Virus record (IMG/VR): IMGVR_UViG_3300027985_000627
Coordinates: 23,319-87,318 of that record
Length of the DNA stretch: 64,000 nt
Direction: 5' to 3' (one strand)
DNA from: a virus
In this document: positions 55,363 through 63,727 of the stretch, one piece after another
Layout: each line of letters opens with the position of its first letter
Numbering within the stretch: the first letter of the stretch is position 1
Translations under genes and position numbers: made by a program
The notes under the pieces: generated by a model
Told to the model about the DNA's origin: nothing
What the model saw: only the letters and a program-made list of their open reading frames with translations
The model's database searches: none

Positions 55363-56037
55363 ATGGAAAAGCCGCCGTTAGGATTGAAACCGAGGTATGT
55401 TCACGACGATCAAAGGATAACAGAAATCCTGGAAGCTATGAACAGGTATGTGACAAGCAATCAAAGAATGAAGATTCCACATGAATGGACAAAGGAACTG
55501 GGAGACTTGCTCATGAACAGGGATGTAAAGGAGGAGCAAAAGGAAGAAAAGGTGAACATACTTGGAGTGCGTTGCCAGACATGTAAACACGCGGATTTGG
55601 ACGTTGAAGGTGATAGGAAGTTTTCTTGGTGTGGTTGTAAGTTAATGAAAACAACGGACGGAGACCGTGGAGGAAACACGTTGGCTTACGCACAAGGTGT
55701 TGGTAGGACTGGAGGAAGAGTGAGGGTAAACAAAGACTTCGGTTGCATCCAGTACGAAGAAGAACAAGGCGTAAAGGTAGAGGAGTTTCATAACTGCGTA
55801 GTGAAGTTCGGGAAAAGTCCGAAAATGTATTACTATAAAACCTTGGACGATGATATTGAACAAGGAGAGTACGTCCTGGTGCAAACTGTTAACGGTCCTA
55901 CCTGCGCTATGTTCGTAAGGTATCTGGATACGGAGTCTGTGGTGGATGAAAGAAGCATATCAAAGGCAACGAAGTGGTTGATTAGTTCGGTTCAATGTCT
56001 GATTGACGATCTGCCAGTAAGACTTAAAAACCTTTAA
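55363..56037 (+). CDS. multi-domain hypothetical protein
   Basis: GGAGG RBS; KPPLGLxP N-domain, CxxCKH...C...FGC..YE, SH3-like C-domain. Confidence 0.68.
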   Translation: MEKPPLGLKPRYVHDDQRITEILEAMNRYVTSNQRMKIPHEWTKELGDLLMNRDVKEEQKEEKVNILGVRCQTCKHADLDVEGDRKFSWCGCKLMKTTDGDRGGNTLAYAQGVGRTGGRVRVNKDFGCIQYEEEQGVKVEEFHNCVVKFGKSPKMYYYKTLDDDIEQGEYVLVQTVNGPTCAMFVRYLDTESVVDERSISKATKWLISSVQCLIDDLPVRLKNL

Positions 56038-56057
56038 TCTCCACATAACGTAAGAAT

Positions 56058-56094
56058 GAAAAGGTCCTGGTTAACGCTGGGTCTTTTCTTTTGG
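56058..56094 (+). terminator. probable terminator
   Basis: Imperfect GAAAAGGTCC/GGGTCTTTTC stem followed by a T-tract. Confidence 0.45.
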
Positions 56095-56112
56095 GTTACG
56101 TATGCGTTGATG

Positions 56113-56183
56113 AAAATTATTAAGGAGCGGATTGGGTACACAGGTTTTATTTTCCATACAAAAAATTATTAAGGATCGGATTG
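56113..56183. repeat. 22-bp direct repeat pair
   Basis: AAAATTATTAAGGA(G/T)CGGATTG at 56113-56134 and 56162-56183. Confidence 0.85.
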
Positions 56184-56301
56184 AGCAGAGGAATCCTAAA
56201 ATCCACGAAAAAAATTGTGAGGGGGTACGGCACACACACTCAATAGACAAAACGCAAGATAAAACAAGGGGGTCTATATTAGATTGTCTATAGATTGAGA
56301 C

Positions 56302-56338
56302 AAAAGAAAAAGCGCGCATCGTGCAGACTGCGCGCTTT
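56302..56338 (-). terminator. intrinsic terminator with alternating-GC stem
   Basis: AAAGCGCGCA-N10-TGCGCGCTTT; U-tract on the - strand. Confidence 0.8.
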
Positions 56339-56352
56339 GAGTGAACGTGAAG

Positions 56353-56817
56353 CTAAATTTTTCTGAGCGAGAGAACTTGAGCAGAAACAAGAGTCTTTGA
56401 CTTGTTGAGCGAAAGCTTAATCTTGTCGCTCTCTTCGCGCTTCAAATGCGAGATATGCTGAAGAACTCTCTCGCGCGAGCATTCACACAACTGCGCGATA
56501 TCTTCGACGCTTTGAACGTCGTGTGCAATCGCGCTTTCGATCAAATAGCTTTGAGTGAGAAAACGCGCATTCGTGAAGTATTTGACATATTCGCGTTCAG
56601 TTCTTCTCACTCTCACATTCGACGCTTCTCGCTGTTCGATTTCTTCGCGCTTCAAAACTTCTTCACGTTCGAACGCTTCAGCAAGTTCGAGCGTAGAAAG
56701 ATTGCTTGAATTGATAGAAAGAAAAAGATTCAAAATTGCAAGCGTTTGAAAGCTCGAAAAATCAATCGCGCTGTTTTCTTCAATAATTTCGACGTTCTTC
56801 TGATTGTTCTTTTGCAT
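56353..56817 (-). CDS. winged-HTH protein lacking Gly, Pro and Trp
   Basis: TQSYLIE...SVEDIAQLCECSRERVLQHISHLK, paralogous to 3092 and 63046; AGAGAG-type RBS. Confidence 0.75.
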   Translation of the reverse strand: MQKNNQKNVEIIEENSAIDFSSFQTLAILNLFLSINSSNLSTLELAEAFEREEVLKREEIEQREASNVRVRRTEREYVKYFTNARFLTQSYLIESAIAHDVQSVEDIAQLCECSRERVLQHISHLKREESDKIKLSLNKSKTLVSAQVLSLRKI

Positions 56818-56870
56818 GACGTTTCTCTCTTTTAGTTGATTGTTCGTTGAAATAGTTGACTATTTTACGT

Positions 56871-57035
56871 TTACTCGAAAAATCTTGCGCGCTTTTCACG
56901 AATGCGCTTCAATTCTTCTTCAAATGCTCTTTGCTCTTTTTCATCAAATTCATTGTCGATTAATGAAAACTGAGCAAGAAAGCGTCTTTTGTCATAATAC
57001 GCTTTGAACGTGTTTTCTGTCTGCGTCTTTTTCAT
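56871..57035 (-). CDS. 54-aa charged protein lacking Gly, Pro and Trp
   Basis: GAGGGGG RBS; MKKTQTENTFKAYYDKRRF... Confidence 0.62.
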   Translation of the reverse strand: MKKTQTENTFKAYYDKRRFLAQFSLIDNEFDEKEQRAFEEELKRIREKRARFFE

Positions 57036-57059
57036 CTTTTCCCCCTCGTTTTTGTCTGA

Positions 57060-57087
57060 ATAGTACGCTTGCAAAAAATCTTTTCAA
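57060..57087 (-). promoter_or_regulatory. sigma70-like promoter for the GG-free operon
   Basis: TTGAAA-N16-TACTAT, about 12 nt before the RBS. Confidence 0.6.
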
Positions 57088-57117
57088 TCCCCGCACGAAA
57101 AAATATTTTAAGCGTCG

Positions 57118-57308
57118 TTCGTGTTACTATTCGTTCAATTCGTGTTACTCAAAATCGTATGCAATTCGTAACACGTTTTTTCAATTCGTTACATGTATGT
57201 ACATACATGACACAAAACACGAATTCGTGTTATTTGCTCAAAACGTAACACGAATTTTGAAAAAGTATCGTATGCAATTCGTGCTACGAATTCGACGAGG
57301 CGTGTTAC
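57118..57308. repeat. array of AATTCGTGTTAC-like boxes and palindromes
   Basis: About 8 copies in both orientations; perfect palindromes at 57192-57209 and 57216-57231. Confidence 0.85.
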
Positions 57309-57312
57309 TGCG

Positions 57313-58350
57313 AGGCAGGCAGGCACGAATACATGCAGACTACACAATACGTTCGCACACAGCACGGATCGGACAACTGTCCAGATGAAACTCTATGTTG
57401 CCTGGTCCTGCGGCAGGTACGCGCATAGAGGGAGGTCTGTGTCGCCTGAAATTCAGCCTTGCTCGGCACCTGCCTACCGATCGTTCTACATAGTCAACGT
57501 GAATCATCTATCGCAATCTCTGTTTCCTTTCGTTACCGATTAGCCTGACGTTAACCTTCAATGCCTGTACAGTCTGATTCTGTTTGTTGAATCATCATTG
57601 CCTAAACCTAATAGGTGGATCCTAGGATCCACCGGATAAACCTAACTTAAAACCGTAGCCTGCCTGTATGTGTGCAAATCAAAGGTTGTGATCCGTGGTT
57701 TACTATTCTGTTTTGTTTAGCCGACGATTCTATATGCCTACCTGCCTTTGTGTGATTTTATCTGTCGGATTTACGCCGGCAGAATTTTATTCGGTTTTTT
57801 CGAGATTCCCTCTTGCGTTTGAAAATACAAAATTCTGCCAGACCTTTGTTTGGATGAATTTTGTTCTGTTTTGTTTAATCCACGGTTTTCCTGCCTGTAT
57901 GTGTGTATTTAGAAAAGTTCAATCGGATCAACGAAAGACGAATTCCAGCCTTTCGTAAAAATAAATAACCGTAATAAAATCAACGAATGGTTGATTTTCA
58001 GCCTGCCTGTGTGTCTTTCTGTTTGTCTTCTTTTTAATTTTAAATGCCTTCGGATAATGTTTTTCTTAAGGAAATCACGAAAGTTCAGGTATGTAAAAGC
58101 AGGGAAGTAATCAAGGGTAATGTAAACCGAGGCAGGTAGGCATATAGAACCACGGACATGCACGGCAGAATATTATTCTTTCACCCCTTCTGGGATTTCT
58201 CAAAATTTGTTCTGGCTTTTTAACAAGGATAAGAATTTTATTCTGCCGTATGCTGAAACACAGAACGCGAGGCAGGCAGGATTATAGGTCCGTACGCTGA
58301 AAATACTTAGCCGTAGCCCCTGTGGCTGCACCATAGACACGTAGGCAGAA
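57313..58350. repeat. dispersed CCTGCCT/GGCAG repeats and inverted repeats
   Basis: About 9 copies; 20-bp perfect IR 57728-57747/58130-58149; 20-bp palindrome 57614-57633. Confidence 0.8.
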
Positions 58351-58969
58351 AGGATTGATTGTATCCGTAGGTTAAGGATTAATGGTTAGGTACACAGGTT
58401 ATTATTTTCACAGTGAGGGCCCTAGGTGTCGCCTAAACGCAGGAACCCTTTGTTTCACAAGGGTTCGTGTATATCCACAGGACCGAGAAAATATTTCGTC
58501 CATGCGCGAGGGGAGGCAAATCTCCACCCCTTTAACCAGCATATATCTCCTCCCTTTGTTTACGCACATTCTCTTATCTACCAACACACTCCGATGAATT
58601 CAATTTATCAACCAAATACACATCCTTATCTTTGTTTCTTAACCATATCTTAATTTCTTCCATACGTAATCAATCGTAGTCTTCTTTGTTCTTTCTTCTC
58701 CTTTCTCATTTTTTCTTTATCCGTCGGTTTACTCCTTATTTCTTTCTTCTCCTCTTTTCTTACTTTTTCCTTAGATTTTCTTATTCCATCGGTTCCTCCT
58801 ATAGTTATAGCGTCGTTCTTGTTTTTCTCGTTTTTTACTGGAACTTATCCTCGGCAATAAATCCATGAATTTCCCTTCATTATCCACTTTGTAGTATTCT
58901 CATTCCTTGCTATTCGTGCGACAATGTATTTAGTCGAAACCGATCATTGAAAACTGATTATCCGAGATA

Positions 58970-59810
58970 AAACTTCTCTTTGTTGGGAGTTTAAATTTGA
59001 TTGCGGCGGATTCTGATTATCCTTCATTTGTTTTTGTGTCCTTCATTCTCTCTTGATTTTCTGCTATCGAAGTCTTCTCCGTGGATTCGGAGGTGGGTAA
59101 TTCTTTAGTAGAGAATATCGGAGCGGATCTCGTAGTAGGCAGACAGAACTGCTGAAGACTGCTTGGAATGCGTGTCAAATCTTCTGGCCAGGATTGCTTG
59201 TGTTCTGGACTTCTTGAAACCGATAAGGATCTCTGATCTGGGAAAGGATTTTCAAGAAGGATGCAGGAGCCAGAGGAATACTAGGTTCTACTCGGACGGC
59301 GCGCTGAGAAGTAGCTGAGGTCCAGGATCCACGTAGAGGGTTTAGGGAACATGAATCGGAGACTGCAATCAAATGCCTTGATGACGAACAATCAGGGTCT
59401 CGGTATTCTTTGACAATTGAGGCTCCGATCGGATCGGAGTGGGAAGAACATTTTGTTTGAATCTGGCTGTCAATTCTAAATAAGAAGGCAAGTCCAGTTT
59501 CTTGTGTTCTTCTGCTTTTTAGGACGCGCATCGCACATGCTTTTGTTCTCCAGGGCTTGTTTTGTCAAAATGAGGCGGAGAGAGCAATGACGGTTATAAT
59601 TCGCGTTTTAAAAAGAAATCTTGTTTTTTCTTGGCTTGAAATTCCCGGACCTTCTTCAGCAAAGACTTACCAGGGCAACTTCGCTAATTGCTGGAATGAT
59701 TTCTAATAGAACCTAGGAATGATTTCAGGGATGGCGGATCTTTGCTGTCGTGGGAATTTCAAGCATTTTATCAAGGAGTCGGGGTTTTCTTGATTCTTTG
59801 ATAAGATAAC
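58970..59810 (+). ncRNA. candidate large structured RNA
   Basis: Many nested helices with G-U pairs on the + strand; no credible ORF. Confidence 0.55.
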
Positions 59811-59856
59811 TATTTAGGATCTTTACTTTTCTTTTCACTTCAACGGGAGGTTTTCT

Positions 59857-60042
59857 GTGTCGAAGAACGATCAGAAATTTATGGGAAATTGGGAGGTTGT
59901 TTTTTCTGTGCCTCCTGGTAAAAAATCTGTTTCTAGGAAAAAGAAATTTCACGAGGAAATCGTTGTGCGCCGTGGAGAACAGATTATTTCTCGTAGGCGG
60001 CGTTCGAAGATGGGTCGGTGGATCCAAACGAAGGAGGTTTAG
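59857..60042 (+). CDS. small basic hypothetical protein
   Basis: GGGAGG RBS before GTG. Confidence 0.5.
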   Translation: MSKNDQKFMGNWEVVFSVPPGKKSVSRKKKFHEEIVVRRGEQIISRRRRSKMGRWIQTKEV

Positions 60043-60141
60043 GATGAGATTTACTGGGTATTTTAATCATACGGAACTTTATCTTTCTTTAGAGTTGAAG
60101 AGATTCAACTGGAACTTGCTTTGCGCATTTGGACATTAATT

Positions 60142-60351
60142 ATGAAGGCTATTATTACAAGGCAAAACAAAGACGGATCCTACGACGATTGTGGGATGAA
60201 CAATCGTTTCCTTACTGGTGAATACAAAACTTTGAAAGGATTGTTTCGTTACGGTGTTCCTAAACATAAAGGCGTTTATCGCGTGGAAGTGTTTTACGGA
60301 GACAGCATCTACGGAGAACCGTTTTGTGTTAAATATATAGAACGGTTTTAA
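60142..60351 (+). CDS. hypothetical protein
   Basis: ORF in the early gene run. Confidence 0.55.
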   Translation: MKAIITRQNKDGSYDDCGMNNRFLTGEYKTLKGLFRYGVPKHKGVYRVEVFYGDSIYGEPFCVKYIERF

Positions 60352-60361
60352 AGGAGGCGTT

Positions 60362-60748
60362 ATGTACGGCATAGAACTGAATTGCGAAGACGGACGCATG
60401 GTTCTTTGCGAAACCGGTGGGTTTGCTTTTCTTGAGGACCCACTCTTAGTCGTCGAAAAGTTTCCCACGAAGGAAGAAGCTGAGGAGACGGTCAAAGAGT
60501 TGAATTTGCAGCACAATTCGATGAAGGACCATGTGGATAATCCACACATGTACTTCAGGGTTTTCGAATTGACGGAAGAGGACATGAGACGCGGACAAGA
60601 CATCGACGACTTGGGTTGCTGTCCGAAGTGCGGTTCGAAAAGTGATCCGATTTTCGGCGCTGGCTTCCCGGGTGAAAGCTTCTGTATGTGTCCGGACTGC
60701 GGCTACGTCGAAGCAGACATTGAAGAACCAACGGAGAACATGATTTAG
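60362..60748 (+). CDS. hypothetical protein with C-terminal Zn ribbon
   Basis: AAGGAGG RBS; CPKCG...CPDCG. Confidence 0.68.
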   Translation: MYGIELNCEDGRMVLCETGGFAFLEDPLLVVEKFPTKEEAEETVKELNLQHNSMKDHVDNPHMYFRVFELTEEDMRRGQDIDDLGCCPKCGSKSDPIFGAGFPGESFCMCPDCGYVEADIEEPTENMI

Positions 60749-60757
60749 GAGGTCGTC

Positions 60758-60925
60758 ATGAGAGCGGTTGAAAACTTGTTGAAAATGGCTAAGGACCGTG
60801 GTTTGTCTTTGAGAGAAACTTGGAAGCTGGTAAAGATAGCTTTCCCGAACAGGGAACATAGAGCGATTGCTTGCAATTGCTTACGAATAGGAAGAGAAGA
60901 AAAGCAGATCCTTCTCGGCAATTAG
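60758..60925 (+). CDS. 55-aa hypothetical protein
   Basis: AGGAGG RBS; MRAVENLLKMAK... Confidence 0.55.
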   Translation: MRAVENLLKMAKDRGLSLRETWKLVKIAFPNREHRAIACNCLRIGREEKQILLGN

Positions 60926-60936
60926 AAGGAGGTTTT

Positions 60937-61368
60937 ATGAAAAACCAGAAATTAGGTTTGTATCAAACGTTCAAATGGCACCGTCGTATGTGGAGATGGG
61001 TATCCAAAGATGCGTGTAGGTCAAAAGCAGATTGGCCTGGTTGGATTAAACGTTTGCCGGGATTAGCTTGTCCCGGTTACATAGTGATTGGAAATTTGAA
61101 AAAAACAATACAATACGGTTGTTTTTTCTGCCAATACGATTTCGAAAATACGGAATATGATTGTGCGGAATGTCCAGTTGATTGGAAAACAACTTCTGCT
61201 ACTAAAAAATCATTTTCTTGTGAAGGACCGGGTTCTTTTTACACCATTTGGAAAGATTTTTTCTCGCCAAGTAGTATTGTTTCTTACAAACATATATTGG
61301 AAGAAAAGGCTATGAAGATAGCTTGTATGGCTCCGAAAAAATGGAACTACGGCAAGTATAGCTGGTAA
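60937..61368 (+). CDS. Cys/Trp-rich hypothetical protein
   Basis: AAGGAGG RBS; HRRMW.W, CFFCQY...C..CP..W. Confidence 0.68.
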   Translation: MKNQKLGLYQTFKWHRRMWRWVSKDACRSKADWPGWIKRLPGLACPGYIVIGNLKKTIQYGCFFCQYDFENTEYDCAECPVDWKTTSATKKSFSCEGPGSFYTIWKDFFSPSSIVSYKHILEEKAMKIACMAPKKWNYGKYSW

Positions 61369-61468
61369 AGTCTACGGACAGATGAAGGAGGGCCGAGGCT
61401 TTGTGCTTCGGCCCTCCCCTTGTGTTCATAGACACATTGGAATAACTTGTAATTGTAAGGAGGCTATC

Positions 61469-62047
61469 ATGGCTGACACGGAACGCACCCCGAAGCAAGA
61501 GCAGCGCAGGATGGCGGAAAAAGCGAAAAAGGCTACGAACGCTCGCCGCAGCAAAGAAAAGAAATCGAAGAATCAGGAAAAGGTCCAGATGCCCACGCAG
61601 GATGCCAAAAGGCAGTCATTCAACCTGAAGGAGTTCCTCACCGGCAAACGTTGCTTGGTGGTCACGTACGCCGTGGACAAGCGCGACAAAGAGGCGTGTT
61701 TGTCCAAGTGGGCGTTCGAACTGTCCGAGTCGTGGTTCGATTGGCGCCCGCAGGAAGAAGACCCCTTTTGGGCTAAGGAGATCGCTTTCTACATCGAAAA
61801 TCCCGGACAAGACAGCGAACGCCGCCATGTCTACATTCGCAACGGCGGGCGTTGGCGCGCTGTTTTCTGGATGGGTAAGTGGTACGTGTACGACGCTTAT
61901 CAGAAAGACTTGCAGGCGCACATCAAGGATGTTCTTCTGGCCGAAAACTCCGATAAGGTTCCGGATCTGTTCCCCATCGTCTGGGGTGAGTTCCCCGAGT
62001 GCATGAAGCACCGCTCGGCGGATGATTACCTCAAAACCGTTCGATAG
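61469..62047 (+). CDS. hypothetical protein
   Basis: AAGGAGG RBS; GC-rich codon usage. Confidence 0.68.
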   Translation: MADTERTPKQEQRRMAEKAKKATNARRSKEKKSKNQEKVQMPTQDAKRQSFNLKEFLTGKRCLVVTYAVDKRDKEACLSKWAFELSESWFDWRPQEEDPFWAKEIAFYIENPGQDSERRHVYIRNGGRWRAVFWMGKWYVYDAYQKDLQAHIKDVLLAENSDKVPDLFPIVWGEFPECMKHRSADDYLKTVR

Positions 62048-62133
62048 ACAGATAGGAGCCTGGAGGCAACTCTAGGCTCCAATTGTGTTTACCGGCAAAA
62101 GGTTGAAAACTTGTAATTTCAAAGGAGGTTACT

Positions 62134-62487
62134 ATGGGAACACCGGCTTCAATATCGGTGGACTTGGGAGATGGTCAGATCATCTCTGTATACCAACACT
62201 TTGATGGTTATCCGAGCTACACTGAAGATATCCTGAATAAGTTCTTCAATTCCAAAGAAAAAGCTCTGGAACTTGTAAACGGCGGAGACATTTCCTCGAT
62301 TACTCGGCAAGGACAAGTCAAATACTACGCCAAGCGTAGCGAGTGGGAAGAAGGACACGAAAACGAACCGTGGAACAAAGTGAAACCGGAAGAATCAGCA
62401 TCGTTCCAAGGTGTTAAAAACAAGTTTGATGGTGTGGATTACCACTACGTTTTTAAAGACGGAAAATGGGAGGTTCATCGTGGATAA
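62134..62487 (+). CDS. conserved phage hypothetical protein (YxHxDGYP family)
   Basis: MGT...SVYQHFDGYP...GDISS...YxY.F..G.W. Confidence 0.72.
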   Translation: MGTPASISVDLGDGQIISVYQHFDGYPSYTEDILNKFFNSKEKALELVNGGDISSITRQGQVKYYAKRSEWEEGHENEPWNKVKPEESASFQGVKNKFDGVDYHYVFKDGKWEVHRG

Positions 62488-62928
62488 AGAACTTGTCATA
62501 ACGAAAGAACATATCAGGAACTTCAAACAATTCATCGAACCGAAAACATTTGATCGGGCAGGGATTGTTATTCGTGGACGTGGAAAAACTGCTCTGTTAG
62601 AGTTTTTCGGGGAAGATCCTACGAACGGATGGCGTACATCGTCGAAGCTGTCTGCTACGGCTGTGAAAAGAAGATAGCCGATTACGTCGGCACCTTCTAC
62701 AGGTACGATACGCACCACGAGGCTTCGATTTTTGCTTTTCTGAAAGTCGGAGACATAATTCGGATTGAATTCTACTCCGATTACGGAACCACTGAGTTCT
62801 TGAAAGAACATGGTCATGGCGTGGACGCTTGCTTGATCCACATCAAAAGAAAGAAAAAACGGCACCAACTGTTGTTCGGAACGCAAAGCTATACCGACAA
62901 AAAGTACCGACTCGTAAGAGAGGGGTGA
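62480..62928 (+). CDS. two overlapping ORFs (62480-62677, 62629-62928), possibly one frameshifted gene
   Basis: GGGAGG RBS before GTG 62480; the second ATG lacks a clear RBS. Confidence 0.4.
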
Positions 62929-63045
62929 CTATGTGGGTATCAAAACGATTGATGGTTTTTGCGGCTGAGAAATTCCCGAACTGGCGAGACAGCTACAACT
63001 GGATGTGGTGGGTTCATATGGAAATTTTAGAAAGGAGATACAATC

Positions 63046-63651
63046 GTGGCTAAGAAGAACGAGAGCAAGGTGGTGAAGAAGTCGGAAAAGAAAATCGAAA
63101 CCAACAACAAAAAGAACAAGGAGTCGAAGGAAATGAAGAACAACCCTGATATGCTGAATGCAAAGACTTCGGAAGAAAAGATTGAAACACCCGAAGTCGA
63201 AAAGGTGGAACCCATCTTGACGAAGCCGGAACCCATCGAAACGTTCTGCGGCACGGACTTCGACGCCGACCCGCAGGGAACGTGTTTCGCGGCGTGTATG
63301 AACGAGATGCCGGACGAGTTCAATCGCTGTCTCGCTCACTATGAGGCGTGTAAAGCGTTTACGTCGAAGGGAGGGGCAGGCCGCAAGCGCCAGAAGGGTA
63401 CTACGAGCAAGGTCGTTGATGATCGCTACTACAGGCTTGCTAAGTGGGAACACAACAAGAAGTCCCAGGCGGCGATCATCGACCACCTGCTTGAGGACGG
63501 TGTGTTGTTCACGGCTGAAACTCTCGGCGAAGCGTTGGAAACTCCCGCTACTCGAATTAACGCCCACATCTACCACTTGCGTAAGATGCACGGCGTGGAC
63601 ATCTTCAAGACTCCCGAAGGGTACTTCTTCTGGGACGGTCTGACTGATTAG
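63046..63651 (+). CDS. protein with charged N-terminus, Cys motif and C-terminal winged-HTH
   Basis: AAGGAG RBS; SQAAIID...TAETLGEALETPATRINAHIYHLRK. Confidence 0.7.
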   Translation: MAKKNESKVVKKSEKKIETNNKKNKESKEMKNNPDMLNAKTSEEKIETPEVEKVEPILTKPEPIETFCGTDFDADPQGTCFAACMNEMPDEFNRCLAHYEACKAFTSKGGAGRKRQKGTTSKVVDDRYYRLAKWEHNKKSQAAIIDHLLEDGVLFTAETLGEALETPATRINAHIYHLRKMHGVDIFKTPEGYFFWDGLTD

Positions 63652-63727
63652 TTAAGGTCCTGCTACAGGGGGCGAGGAAACTCGCTCTCTGTATCGGTTT
63701 AGAACCTTAACAACGGAGACTTAAATT

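Larger units (their letters stand above)
56273..57040. other. GG/CC-dinucleotide-free island
   Basis: Line-by-line reading finds no GG or CC in 768 bp; 57046-57088 and 57093-57298 are also free. Confidence 0.92.

Noticed and set aside
57118-58350. Possible CRISPR or mini-array
   Set aside because: Repeats are short, in both orientations and irregularly spaced; no constant repeat-spacer period and no cas genes
57197-59531. Short ORFs in the long intergenic region (57197, 57695, 57909, 58382, 58426, 58686, 59175)
   Set aside because: No RBS, low-complexity or atypical composition; better explained by repeats and RNA structure
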